Below are positions 47,131 through 62,521 of a DNA stretch of 64,000 nt, piece after piece; the first letter of the stretch is position 1; each line of letters begins with the position of its first letter. The notes below the pieces were generated by a model, which worked only from the letters and a program-made list of their open reading frames with translations, searched no databases and was not told where the DNA came from. Location: NCBI RefSeq assembly GCF_009914755.1, contig NC_060938.1. One strand, given 5' to 3'. The position numbers and the translations under genes were made by a program. The DNA is from the human T2T-CHM13v2.0 reference genome, Homo sapiens.

Positions 47131-48241
47131 ATTTTTAGAATACTGGCTTTTAAATACTTATTGATACTATCCCATCAGGAATTCAATTCATTTAAATATT
47201 TTTTTTCTTCTTCAACCTACTCAAAATGAATACCTACATATGTGAAAAACCCAAGATTACATGTGTAATTACTTTATAGTTTCCTCTCTGGCATAGTATA
47301 AGTAAAATACATATCATGGGCAATTAAATACTTCCCCCTGCTACATTAGGGATGATAATATATATGAAGATTAATTCCTTATGCATTATCCCTAATGTAA
47401 AGAAAAATCACAGGTATTTTATACTGCTTGTCAAGAATACATACACATGGTAGACACAGCTAGACATACACACCCCTTCTAAGAATATTTCAACTATCAT
47501 CAATATCTTCTGTATGATCCCTTACAACTATCTGTAGTTGAAAACATAAGACTCCCTTTTAAGGTAATTCTGTATGAAACTGTATTATAAAATACTTTTG
47601 TTAAGCAAAATTGCATGTGTGTGTTGAACCCCCAAACACTCAAAGTACTTTACTACTCTTAAAAGATAAACAAAATTCTTATACATTATAAAAAAAATTT
47701 AAGCTGCTCTGCAACCCTCCTTTGCTAAAAGTTAGATACATTACACCACTCCAGCAAGAGATTAATAAATAAGGATTAAATATTCTGTTTTACAAAAACA
47801 TACAGAATGGCCAATATAAAAGTGAAAACCTTGCTTGAGAATTTAACAAATTATGTTCATTAAGAAGGAATAAGACATGATATAAAATGATCACTAAATT
47901 TACCTCTCTTAAGATAATCACGAGTTATCTAAAAATACCATGGCACCCTTGTTACAAACATTGTTTTTTTTAAAAAAAGACTGTGTTTCCTGGAACTAGA
48001 GGACTATTTGTCTCATAGCTTTTATTAAGCAAACTTGATATAACCACCACACAGTGGCAAGAGATAGACTAGCTGTTTCCAGCTGCAGAAAATATTGAAT
48101 TCTACCCTAAAGTACAGATCATTTGCAATATAACCCATAATAGTTAAAGCAAATCATAGTGCAGTTTGTATTGAATTTCCTTATTTTTCCTTTCAATGGA
48201 GTATATTCATTTTCCTGTCATTTGAGATCAGTTTCTGTTGC

Positions 48242-48329
48242 TTAGTAACTATTTTCATGTCCAGCCAAGATGTAGAGATTGCTGTGTGCAGTAGGATTTT
48301 CTGTTGGCCTACTTTCCAAAACGACAACC
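48242..48329 (-). CDS. MAP4K5: MAP4K5 last coding exon
   Basis: Acceptor ttaattacAG|G; encodes (R)[28 protein letters not shown]; TAA at 48244-48242. 88 nt, phase consistent. Confidence 0.96.
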
Positions 48330-48576
48330 CTGTAATTAAACCAAAACAAAGGGCTTAAGAGTAACTACAGATTTCATACATCAAATACTAACATCAAACT
48401 AGGAAAGAATATCATTGTTCACATTTCAGTAAGATTACGTAAGGATCACAGACGCACAATCAAATTCAGCTTTACATTTTACAGCTTTAAAACACAATAA
48501 GAATTGATGAATATAAAATATTGAAGACATTTTGGGATAGACTCATTATCTTATTCCAACTAAAAAATCTGGGCTA

Positions 48577-48705
<129 letters not shown>

Positions 48706-49440
48706 TTAGCTGGGTGTGGAAGCCTGCACCTGTAGTCCCAGCTACTCAGGACGCTGAGGCAGGAGGATCCCTTGAGCCCGGGAGTTTGAGGATGCAGGAA
48801 ACTGTGATTGTGCCACTGCACTTCAGCCTGGGTGAGAGAGTGAGACCCCTTCTCAAATAAAAAACAACAAACAAAATTTGCTTACTCATTTATGCCAACA
48901 AAAGGTATAATATAATACTTTAGGGATTTCACTAACAGGAAGAGGATGGAGGAAGAGCCAAGAGAATAAAATAGGACTCTAAGAGACACTCGTCCAAACT
49001 GTTCTTCAAGGTATTTGAAATAGCTTTTTAAAAATAGTATGAAATGGGGCCCCTCTCCCTAGTTGCTGGAACAAAAATGGAGAAAGAGTTCAATCAAAGG
49101 ACTGATAGGAAAAAAAAAAACAAGTACTATTCCAAACATTTTAGTTGTGGGGAAGAGAGTTTGAGAACAAAATAAAAAATAATATACCCATGCAGAGAAA
49201 AAAGTTTCTAGAGGAGGAATGGGAGAAAAAAAACTGCACATAACACTTATTTTTCTAGTGTATGAATTTTCTATAATTAGCATGTTATTACTTTAATAAT
49301 GAAAACATTTTTTAAAAATCATAGATACTTTATATTAGGCATTACAGAAAAGTAGAAAAGGAAAATATAATTACTTATAATCCAACTGCCCAGAGTTAAC
49401 TGTTATTAAAATTTTGACATGCTTAGTTTTTTTTTCCTAG

Positions 49441-49743
<303 letters not shown>

Positions 49744-50030
49744 TGAAGTTCTGGGATTACAGGCATGAGTCACCGCGCCCGGCAACAAAATAAATTTTTA
49801 ACCACTTGTAAAGATAAAACAAAAACTCTGTTTAGATATGTATCTTAAAAACAAGGAGATGCCCATGTAAGAGACAAGCAGAGCAAGGCAATAGTCTGAA
49901 GGAAGTAGTTTTTCAGAGCAAATAGTGATAGAGTGGACAGAGAATACGAACAGGGAAGGGAAAAGTGATGGACAAAGCTCTGAGCAGAGTAGGTAGAAGG
50001 AAACAAGCAACCCAGAGAAACGGCCTCTGA

Positions 50031-50417
<387 letters not shown>

Positions 50418-51342
50418 TAGTTCTAGAGTCATTTACCAGATGATCCTCAAATTCTCTTTTTGTTGGTTGGACGACTTACTAAGTTGCCATGCTTTGTGGG
50501 CTTACCTTTTCTATTCACTAAGGTAGTCATCACTTTTTGAAAATTCCTGTTCTCCTATAAAACTCTCTTCAAAATTTTTATGGAGTTATAACTCCATTTC
50601 CCCCTCCTTCCTCAAGTATCTAAAACTTAAGCAATGTGAACCTGAAGACCAGAGGTTCCCAATCCTTGTCTCAGGACTAATGCATACCACTATAGCCAAT
50701 TTTGCTTTAGTAACAACTTTTGGTGGGAAAAGAGGAAGGAATGGGTATTTTATTAGCTATAGAAGTAGACAGTTGAGCGACAGAGTGAGACCGTCTTAAA
50801 AAAAAAAAGAAAAAAAGAAGTAGGCAGTAGATTTTGGAAATCAAAAGCTACAGCTACTACATTTTTTTCATAAGATGACAGTTTTGCAACTTGTCTTTTA
50901 TTTGGGGTAAAAAGAGACCATATAATTCTTTTTAACTTAGATTAACTTTAGAAACTGAACCAGGCATTTTCTAATATAAAAGCAAATATCATCAAGAGGT
51001 ACATATTCCTAATAGTTAATGGAAGGCAGCACACCATGAAGAAATGAAGACAAACGGGCCCGAAATAGCTCTCATAGTACTAGGGACATCAACATCTATA
51101 TCAACACATTTTGTCTCAGTTGAATATAACTGTCTCTAGAATAACAATCCTCACACTGACAAAAGGTTGCTTAGTTAACTTATTAAAATATTACTAATTC
51201 TCTCAGTAAAGACACAGAGAAATGTATCTAAGTCAATGAGCTTCTAAGAGTTTTGTTTGAAACAATTACAGACTGACAGTATAATTAAGAGTATGATCTT
51301 TGAACTCCTTTGGTAATTAAATTAATACAACCAAACTATTAC

Positions 51343-51398
51343 CTGTCTGATCCTAATAAGCGGAAAACTCTTGTTTCATCTGAAATCTCCTGGGTAAC
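51343..51398 (-). CDS. MAP4K5: MAP4K5 coding exon
   Basis: tttcctAG|GTT...GAC AG|GTAATA; encodes VTQEISDETRVFRLLGSD(R); 56 nt. Confidence 0.95.
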
Positions 51399-51999
51399 CT
51401 AGGAAAGAAAAATACCTATCAGTAACATCTTACTCCCCATATTGCCTTAATAACAATTTAAAATTAATTTAGAGCAATTATTAACACAATAAATATTTTT
51501 TGGTAGACTTAATTCCTCAAATAAAAGAAATTTTAGTAAGTTTTTTGATTGCATATTATTAGAAATGAACCCACATTTATGGAACATCTAGTATGGGTCA
51601 GGTACTCTACTTAGAAGAACTCTTTGTGATATGCATTATAATTCTCATATCATTGAAGAAGAAACTAAGACTCCAAGAGGTTAAATAAGTTGTTCAATCT
51701 CATAGAATGGGTAGACTCAAGACTTGAATACAGGTTTGTTGGACTGCAGAGCTCCTTTGGGGGCCAAGGCTTGAGGTCAGGAGTTGAGACCAGCCTGGGC
51801 AACAAAGTGAGACCCTGTATCTACAGAAATATTTAAAAATTTTACCTGGGCACAGTGGTGCATGCCTGTAGTCCTAGCTGCTCAGAAGGCTGAAGTAGGA
51901 GGATCGCTTGAGCCCAGGAGTTCAAGGATACAGTGAACTATGATTGCACCACTGCATTCCAGCTTGGGCAACAGAGCAAGACCCTGTATACTCTGTTTT

Positions 52000-52370
52000 C
52001 TACAAAGCTGCAGAGGGTGCTCAGCCATGTGCAGGTACTATGCCAAAGTGCCCGCAGTTTGTATACCTGGGGGCAGGCCTTAACCAACATGGGATAGCAG
52101 TTGCTGCATAAATGCTCAAGCCTCGTCATCTACAAATGAGTCAATTCTGAGGTGTATTTTACCCCATTCCTCAGTGGTCCCTACTGGATTAAGCCCCAGT
52201 TGCTCTTAGTGGGAACTAGCTTATTAATGTGTTCTTTATTGGCTTTTTGCCCCTCTTTATTCTCCATTCCTCATTCCATCACTTGTCTTCTGGAATCTAT
52301 TCCCAAATACACTATCTGTATTTGAGTCCTTGTCTTAGGGTCTACTTTTAGAGGAACCCACACTAAGATA
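52000..52370 (+). mobile_element. ERVL-class LTR fragment (LTR16-like)
   Basis: Terminus tcccaaatacacta..ttgagtccttgtcttagggtctacttttagaggaacccacactaagata. Confidence 0.6.
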
Positions 52371-52588
52371 TTGTAGATATAAAGTAAGTTAAAAAAAAAA
52401 AAAAGTCTGGTATCAAGGAGTTTGCAGTCTACCTGGGAAAATAGAATTAATAAGCTTGAATCAGAAAATAAATTAGGTGTTATACTAGTTGGAGCTGATT
52501 TTTCAGAGTATTAAGTTCAGAGATGTTCTAATCATTGTGCCTGGAATGACTGAGTATTACTTTATGAAAGAGGTCAAGACTTTAGCTA

Positions 52589-52822
<234 letters not shown>

Positions 52823-52825
52823 TCA

Positions 52826-53065
<240 letters not shown>

Positions 53066-54125
53066 TTAACCATATGATAATAAGTAGGACTGTAGGTTTC
53101 ATCAAGTGCAGGGACTTGGTGACATTTAGTGACACGTATCAGTAACTAGATAAACTTATATATTCAAAGACAGCTGATTTATGTCATTTCCTCCTGGAAG
53201 CATTCTAATTCTGCATTCATATAAGAGGTAGGAATATTCATTTATATATAAGTAAGAGTGTGGATAAAACTAAAGGTAAATGCAAACAGAAGAAGTTTTT
53301 GAGCTTTAAGTAAGTTCACAAACTTGTTAGGCCATAGTTAGAAGAATCACACAAGTATTCACGTAAATGTGAAATGTCTGTTAGTATTATCTTAGCTAGT
53401 AGGACTCATTCCTCAAATTGGAGGCCCAAATCCCATCTCCTGCATGAGACGTAATTATCTCAGCTAGAAGTGATTTAAAGAGACCCTTCAAATCCAGACT
53501 CTTCCACTTCACTAGTTATGTAACTCTGGGCAAGTTACTTAACCACTCTGTAGCTGTAAAAATGGCAATATGAATAGTATCTACTTCTACTGGATTATTT
53601 TGAGCCTGAAATAAGCAAATATTTGTAAAGTGCCTGGAACACAGTAGGTATTATTTAAAGTTTGATATTATTTACAATAATAGTGTCTTGAACATAGTTG
53701 GTACTCAATAGTTACTAAATGAGTCAATTTTCTTAGATTCCCTTATTCTTATGCTCCATTATGTATTAATTTAGATTTTAAAATATATTTAAAAAGAAGC
53801 CAGATATTTATAGATTATGGAAAACACTTAATAAATTTAGAAAAGTTTTACAAGCTTAGCAACCATATTTACAAATTACAAATTAGATAAATGAAATTGC
53901 ATGAACTTATATTTTGCAATTCCTGGTGGCCACTGAGAATTTTGAACTATGATACAGAAGTGAACATAGTTGAAGGGAAAATACTGGCTTTTTTGTTCTA
54001 CCAGTTCATAGTATTAAAAGCACTAAACACAGTAATGTAGGTTCAGAGAGGAAATGCATAAAACGAGTGCTTCGACATTTAAAATTGTTAGTGGGAGTCA
54101 GTGGAGGTAATCTGAGAAGGCTTAC

Positions 54126-54196
54126 CTCATCTGACTTGAAGCTTTTACCCTGCATCCCATGTTTCCAGAAAGCCAACACACTGTCTTGAAGGCATA
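54126..54196 (-). CDS. MAP4K5: MAP4K5 coding exon
   Basis: tttttAG|TA...GAG|GTAAGC; encodes (V)CLQDSVLAFWKHGMQGKSFKSDE; 71 nt. Confidence 0.96.
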
Positions 54197-56317
54197 CTAA
54201 AAATGATAAGGGAGAAGTGAAACTAATATAAAGCACAGAGCATTTCACTATAAATTTTCTCTACTTTTAATAAATAATATAAGCCTATTCAAGTGTCTAG
54301 TGCAAAATTCCACTGTCTAGACCACGATTTCTCAACATTTTTGTGGCTAAGACATGCCTAAGTTCAAGTAATTTACTGAGGTAGGGTTATGCAAGTCTTC
54401 AAAGATACATATAAAAGCCATTCATTTAAACATGAACTAACTTCTGATAAGGTGGATGTTGGCATATTCATTTCTTTCATACAAAAGATACAGTGTATCT
54501 TTTGTCTTAAATGAATAAAATCATAAAAACATATATAACTGGGTTTTTGCATTAAAAGCATTGTTGTTTAAATACTGTTACATATTCAGAAGTAGCTTTA
54601 AACAAGCATTTTTTATGTTCATATTTTCCCTGTAACAAAAGAAATTTTAAAAAATAAACCTGGCCGGGCGCAGTGGCTCATCCCTGTAACCTCAGCACTT
54701 TGGGAGGCCGAGGTGGGTGGATCACCTGAGGTCAGGAGATGGAGACCAGCCTGACCAGTATGGTGAAACCCTGTCTCTACAAAAATACAAAAATTAGCCA
54801 GGTGTGGTGGCCTGCGCCTGTAGCCCCAGCTACTCAGGACGCTGAAACGGGAGAATTGCTTGAACCCCAGAGGTGGAGGCTGCAGTGAGCCGAGATCACG
54901 TCACTTCACTCCAGCTTGGGCGACAGAGCGAGACTCCGTCTCAAACAAAATAAATAAATAAAAAATAAAATAAAATAAACCTGCCCCACAATCCAACATT
55001 TAACCACACATTGAATATTTAGGATCTGTGAGTCAATTCTTACATAAAATTCTTAGTATTTAACCATTACAAGTAAGTATTAGAGTTAGAAAAGCATAAT
55101 TAAAAGTGATGGAGGAAAGTAACTGAAAATTAACTGTTTTATTAGACTATTAACTTTTTGTAAAAAGTTAATGTAAGAATGTTCTGGGAACATAATTAAG
55201 CTCAATAAAAATAAAAGTATTTGACAATGACAAATCACATGTGTTTCACTAACTGTGACAAATAAAAAACCTAGTTACTGATTTTATTTTTAAGAGGTGT
55301 TGTAAAGGCATTTTTTTTTCCCCAGGAGGATTCCTGTAATTATTCCAAGGTTTACTGGCAAGAAAAGATGGTAGCCTAGGAGGAACAAACTTTTGTGTAA
55401 CAATTAAAATTACGAAGATAATTTGGCACATCTGAAAAAGTTGAGGTATCAGTGTGTTTCAATGAAAGTGAAGAGGAATTAAGGATTCCTATGTCAGAAT
55501 CTCTCTCAAAAATGTTAAATCCAAATTGGCATGTAATATAAGGAGTAAAAGAAGAAACTAGTTTCCAAAATTTCTTTTGTCCTGACATTTACAGAAAGTT
55601 TAGGTTTTCTGCTTTAATAAATTAAATTTCCCAATCATAAGCAAACTATTTTCATGTAAAATGTCACACAGAGGCACAAACATTTTGTGGATAAAACTCC
55701 AATTGAGAAATACATATTAAAATGTTTCTTAAAAATAAAAAACTAAGTAATGAAAATCGTGTTTTTAAAAATATGTAATTATAAAGTACATGTTATTTTT
55801 TATGGCCCAAATAAAAATTACCAACTTCATTTTAGTGCCTTTGATTTATGGTAGAATCATATCATGAAATGTTTAAAAATGTTTCCATTCATCATTTTTT
55901 TCACAAGTTCTGTCACTCCTGGGGAAGATACTGACATATGATCAATGAGCATGCAAACAATAATAAACTGTAATAATTTTCATCATAAAACCAATGAGTA
56001 TTAGAGAGTAAAACATTCGTTGACAAGGAAGCAAATTAAATGGCATAAAAGTTTACAAGTCCTGTGAGAACTAGCTATTTATATAAAAATAGATCCAAAA
56101 GCAGTAATATCAACACACACCACCCAGAATCTTACATGGCAAAGAATTATGGCATATCTAACACTGTTATCGCATCACACAAATACCTTCCTGACTGGGA
56201 AAGAATTGGGGGAAGTATAATTCACTTAATGCAGCAAAGGGAATAATGAACAGAAATGTTAAAAGTGATTACAAGTTTTAAATATTCAGGAAACAATAAA
56301 AGATTTATGATGGTCTG

Positions 56318-56800
<483 letters not shown>

Positions 56801-56878
56801 TAGACAACCCTAAGTACAGAATGAATTTTAATAATCATTAAGTATCGCAAACTGATTTATGAAAAAAAGGAAACTTAC

Positions 56879-56971
56879 CTACAGATTCAATGCGAAAATC
56901 AAAACTTAACTCAGAGGCCAGTTTCTTACTTGATTTTAATTTTCCTTGTAGATTTACAATTTTCACAAATT
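56879..56971 (-). CDS. MAP4K5: MAP4K5 coding exon
   Basis: ttttttaAG|AA...GTA G|GTAAGT; encodes (K)FVKIVNLQGKLKSSKKLASELSFDFRIESV; 93 nt. Confidence 0.96.
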
Positions 56972-57408
56972 CTTAAAAAAAAAAAACAAGTCAAGACTGG
57001 ACATGCAAATCTGCTAAAATAAATGTAACTTGATATATGTGGATTTTACATGGATATCAAATAATATTCTTAATAAAGTTCAACTATTTATCTTGAGTCA
57101 GGTATGCCAAATGGCAAAAAATACTGTAAGAGTGCCTCCATCGGCAAATGGCAATTCTGCTATTATTTTTTATATAGTATATACTGAATATTTACACTCT
57201 CATTTTTAAAAATGTATGCTTCTTTAAAAATGGCTACCTCGGTGCTCAACTATTTAGCCATAAGAGGTGATTTTTTTCGCTTACAAATTACACATGATAA
57301 GTAACATTTTTAGTAAAAACAGTAAAAATCTTGAATTATGGTTTAACAGAATAAAAAAATTGCTTTATCAAGTAGTATACTCAAAATAAAATTAAAAATA
57401 GTACTTAC

Positions 57409-57477
57409 TGTCTAAACACACTAAAACGGTATCTCTCTCCAACTGTGTTACATGAATGGAATCTAACTGCTGGCTGC
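57409..57477 (-). CDS. MAP4K5: MAP4K5 coding exon
   Basis: ttcctaAG|GC...GAC A|GTAAGT; encodes (G)SQQLDSIHVTQLERDTVLVCLD; 69 nt. Confidence 0.95.
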
Positions 57478-58217
57478 CTTAGGAAGTAAAAAACAAGGTT
57501 ACAATTATACTTTTAAAACCTAGAGCCTAGAAAATAAACATAAATTCTGACTTTTGCTGTGACTTAAAATTGATCTTTGAAATTTAACACAGAATTTATA
57601 TTTTGTGATGTTATCTTTCAAAAAATGCATGTAAATCAATTTAAGAGGACAAATATGTCCTAAGCATGGCTAACTCAGCTGAAAAAAACCTCAGTATTGC
57701 CTTTAATTAAAGCCTCAGCTAGATCTACAAAGGTGAATCACAAAAATAAAATGAAGCAAAGGTAAAATATGAGGAGGAAAAGTAACATGCATGCTATACA
57801 CAATGGCTCGATTTTGCTCTGCATTTTATATAGCCAATGGGAGATAGAAACAAGATGAATTGGGTGAATCACAGCAAACCTAAATTAAAAATTAGCCAGT
57901 GATTCAAAAGGGCACAGGATCAATGAAATCTATAGTAAGACAGAAATTTTCCTGGTATAGGTATGTGTTTACAGGTGGGTGGGAGTTCTTTTACAAAGAG
58001 GACACTGAGTAACATAATGAACAATATTGTCAAGAACATCTTTGCAGGATACAACTCTCATCGTTTTGCTGATATTTAAAGGGCTGCTTCTAACATCTGC
58101 TGATAGATGTAATAACATTAAAAATTTTTTTGATAAAACAATGCATTTTAAGCACTCAGATTGTTTCAATGGTCTAGCTGAATCTAAGAAAAGATTTTAG
58201 ATTATTTAGAGCAGTCC

Positions 58218-59458
58218 TTTTTTTTTTAAATGTATGTGCTTTTATTGAAGAATTTTAAAAACATCACCAATCAACCTGATTTAAGGAATATAGTGATAAT
58301 AAATGTACTACACAGACATTTCATACTTCTGAACATATTCACACACACACATATATATATATGAACACATATATACTAAGACAAATACAGAAGAGTCCTT
58401 AACCTGAGTTGCTCCATTAGAAGTACTTCTTTCTGATTACAAAATGTCATCTAGGTTACCTTTCATTCTCTTAGAACTTTTAAGAGTTAAACATGCCCAA
58501 CTACATTCATTTAGCTGTATATTTACAAAGAACTTGGTGACCACTAATTTTAAAGAAAAATTGCTAATTGGCCACTGTGATTTCTAATACAGAACTCTCT
58601 AGAGACACTGAGGTCACAAGCTTAGGGCACTGAGACAGGGCCACATTCTTAAAAGTACTTTTCCTAACACAGACGCATTCATTGTATGACTTTTCCTTCA
58701 AATGGCGGATTGGGGGCAGGCAGAAAAGAGGATTGCCAAATAGCAGGTATTCACTACCTTTTGAAGTTACCTCAACTTCAATGTGCCCTTTCTGATAGTG
58801 CCTTCAATACAGGCACCATTCAGTAAAACAATTCAGTGTAAAAACAATTGTATAGAGCATCTTAGAATATGTTTTTCTATGAAAATAAATTATAACTGAT
58901 CATTATTATCTAAAAGGGTTTTATAAACTTTCTGATATAGGACTGAGCTACATTTCTAATATTAAAATTAAGAGTTTCTAAGCTCTTTATGTCCTAAATC
59001 CAGGCAAGCTGTGACCAAAATTAGGAAAAGTAGAATTAGGGCCTGGTAAAAATTTTGATAGCATCATTCATGACTGTGTGAGGGAAACTGAAAGTGGGTG
59101 GTAAAGAGCAGAGCTGTTTGCCGGAGTGAGGGCATTCATAACAACATATTCCTTTCTCTTCTTATTCCTTGAACAGAATTCCTACTTAGAAGCCTAAGAG
59201 TCAGAGCCTGCTTCCCCCATTTCCTTGTAAAAAGTACATGTTTCCCCAAGGCCACGGGCAAACATGCAATTGAAGGAGGTAACTTTCACCTAATTAGGAA
59301 ATAGTGGAAATCAATATAACTTAAAATGTTCTTTGGGTAAATATTTCATTGCACTGATTTATACAAGTTTTCTTTCACATACTTTCATGTTTATAAATGA
59401 GATTCAACACAAACATACTGTTTTTAAGTACTTTGCTTATTTTTCTATGGGTTTTATC
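58218..59458 (-). mobile_element. L1 3'-transduced segment with its own poly(A) signal and tail
   Basis: T10 at 58218-58227 and tttatt at 58241-58246. TSD agagcagtcctt at 58208-58219 matches 60088-60099. Confidence 0.85.
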
Positions 59459-60089
59459 TTTTTTATTTATTTATTTATTATTATTATACTTTAAGTTTTA
59501 GGGTACATGTGCACAATGTGCAGGTTAGTTACATATGTATACATGTGCCATCTGGTGCGCTGCACCCACTAACTCGTCATCTAGCATTAGGTATATCTCC
59601 CAATGCTATCCCTCTCCCCTTCCCCCACCCCACAACAGTCCCCAGAGTGTGATGTTCCCCTTCCTGTGTCCATGTGTTCTCATTGTTCAATTCCCACCTA
59701 TGAGTGAGAATATGTGGTGTTTGGTTTTTTGTTCTTGCGATAGTTTACTGAGAATGATGATTTCCAATTTCATCCATGTCCCTACAAAGGATATGAACTC
59801 ATCATTTTTTATGGCTGCACAGTATTCCATGGTGTATATGTGCCACATTTTCTTAATCCAGTCTATCGTTGTTGGACATTTGGGTTGGTTCCAAGTCTTT
59901 GCTATTGTGAATAGTGCCGCAATAAACATACATGTGCATGTGTCTTTATAGCAGCATGATTTATAGTCCTTTGGGTATATACCCAGTAATGGGATGGCTG
60001 GGTCAAATGGTATTTGTAGTTCTAGATCCCTGAGGAATCGCCACACTGACTTCCACAATGGTTGAACTAGTTTACAGTCCCACCAACAG
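59459..60089 (-). mobile_element. 5'-truncated L1PA2-type element (~630 bp)
   Basis: ORF2 C-terminus (WKSVWRFLRDLE...HIFSLIGGN*, ORF 59687..60058) and a complete 3'UTR. GAG at the diagnostic site (gatgacGAGttagtggg), not the L1HS ACA/ACG. Confidence 0.92.
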
Positions 60090-60594
60090 AGCAGTCCTTC
60101 TTAACTATACCTCTTTGGGAAGCCTATGCATTGTCTCCCTTGAAAACTGCACATTCAAACATAAACACAGAATTTTATATAATATTTTGGGGTGTTTGTG
60201 GACCTTCTAAAGCTTATACATGGTGAAGAATCCATATCTACAGAATCGATAAACTGTCCCTCAGGTAACACTTCAAAAATAGTTTTTCTTAGCTACTCTA
60301 TGTTCAGGCACTCATTCAACAGATATTTACTGAGTGCTGACCATATGCTAAGCACCATCCTTGGAGATAAGGATATAGCAATAATAAATCAGACTGAGCC
60401 TAAAAGAGTCTTGAATAGGAGTTTATTTTAATGTTATAACTTGCCAGTTCAAGGTATAGCCTGTTTGTTCAACAATGAACACAGCTAGGAGTTGGATTAA
60501 CAAATCACTTGTAAAAATGGGGAAACCTAATGAGGACAAAGTGCTGGACTAGAAAGATTGCCTCACCTCTGCCTGAAGGTGACCTCAATGATTA

Positions 60595-60648
60595 CCCTCA
60601 GGCAGTAATTTGGGTCTTTACTCCCTCAGGAAGTAATCTGGGTCTTTA
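60595..60648. repeat. 28-bp imperfect tandem duplication
   Basis: ccctcaggcagtaatttgggtctttact / ccctcaggaagtaatctgggtcttta. Confidence 0.8.
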
Positions 60649-61028
60649 AACAGCCTTGACCCCAGGTCAGACAGTAGTTGGGGGTCTGCTTTAATTTTAG
60701 CCAAGACAATGTTAAAAGTAGGTAGAATAGCATACCTCACGCATTAAAAAACAAAGCAAACAACAAAACTCTCAAAAAAAAAACAAAAAAACAAAAAAAC
60801 GCAAACTCAAACATACCCCAAAAGGAACTCAAAAACAGGACTCACTGAACTCTTGCCTTGAACAATATAACCTTCTAATATATAATCCAGAAGAAAGTGG
60901 TCGCAAATATACATTAAATAGTTGTATTAAATGACATGCTTTATACCATGCTGATGAGCAAAAAAAAAAAGTTGGGCTGTCAGCCAAAACTTGTCTTTAA
61001 ATAAACTGATCCATAACCTTTCCTTTGA

Positions 61029-61421
<393 letters not shown>

Positions 61422-61549
61422 TAGCTGTAACAGCAGGCATACATCCAACTCAACTTAAAGCATTGATCAATAGACTTAAAAGGCAGAGTGCAGGTGGAGG
61501 TAGAAGGGTACATAATGTGACCTCTTCCATAAAGAGTATGTTTTATAGA

Positions 61550-61733
61550 CCAGTGCATGCTGGAGCTGGCTTGTACTGAGTTAAACTTTCAGGAATTTTG
61601 TAAGCCAAATGACATCAGGTTGGTAGTTTGAAATTGGCCATGGGTGGAGTATTTGTACCACAAAAATAGGCAACTCTAACAAATGGTTGCACCTCAAGAG
61701 CCTGTTGTTAGACATTTACCAGGGTATCACTGG
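61550..61733. mobile_element. MER63-like hAT MITE
   Basis: Inverted termini ccagtg...cactgg, with internal tttcaggaattttg and ttggtagtttgaaattggccatgg motifs. Confidence 0.65.
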
Positions 61734-62521
61734 TTCATACTGATTCTTATGTTGAAAGTGAATTTAGCGTAGGTTCTATATTATAATGAGTTCTTGTAAC
61801 TTAGCCTATAAATGATCAAAAGCCAAAGGTTATTTAATAAGAAGCATTAAGCATCAAACTTATAATATATGTAACAGACTTCTTCAAAAGGCAGTAAAGA
61901 ATACAACAGTGGTGAGTAATGAAATAGCCATAACTAAAGCTTGCTTGGCATATGTAAAAATGGCCTAATAAACCTGGATTATAAATGACCAAATACACCA
62001 GCACAACAAACAGGAAACTAGCAAAATGGAGGCCCCACCTCACCCACTTCACATATTATGCAGATTTAAAAAATGATTTATTGAATGATTTGTTCTAATT
62101 TTAAAGTCTAGGAATAAACTTCCCATTTTTTTCAGATCTTTCACTGAGATATGTCTGATTTAAATGGAAAGGCTCGGAAGCAACACCTAAGAAGCTTCTA
62201 TTCAGGTCTGAAAGCCACATTCACTGATTCTAAGAAGTGAGCGGGGAAGACAGGATAAAACAGGATAAGTGAAGCTCTTTGCTTGAGGCTTGAGAAGTTG
62301 ATAAAATTTTAAGAACTGCTTAGAAAGTGTATTTACTTAGCAAGTCCAAAGATTCACTGGTAAGAACTAAGACTTTTCACTGTCAGGAATCATTAAAAAT
62401 TTCCTTTGTTTAAATAATTTGTATCAAACTACCTCTGGCAAATAGAGATCATAAATATACGTACACGGTTCTATGGGCTTACTTGGGAAACTATGTTTTG
62501 AATATTTAAAAGAGCCCACAC

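Larger units (their letters stand above)
46745..48241 (-). other. MAP4K5: MAP4K5 3'UTR (3' end approximate), with an antisense MIR at ~46780-46945
   Basis: AT-rich, Alu-free sequence after the stop codon, ending shortly after the AATAAA at 46766-46761. Confidence 0.8.

Noticed and set aside
55311-55452. Plus-strand exon-like segment (ttttttttttccccAG|gagg...gag|gtatca) antisense to MAP4K5
   Set aside because: Stops in all three frames, weak donor and no partner exons identified.
57467-57479. Closely spaced alternative AGs at a MAP4K5 acceptor (AAG|GCAG CCAG CAG)
   Set aside because: Shifts of +4, +8 and +11 all break the frame; explained by the SQQ codons and no evidence of use.
58228-59458. 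Processed pseudogene interpretation of the poly(A)-tailed segment
   Set aside because: No ORF or recognisable mRNA, and it is contiguous with an L1 3' end inside one TSD pair, which fits transduction better.
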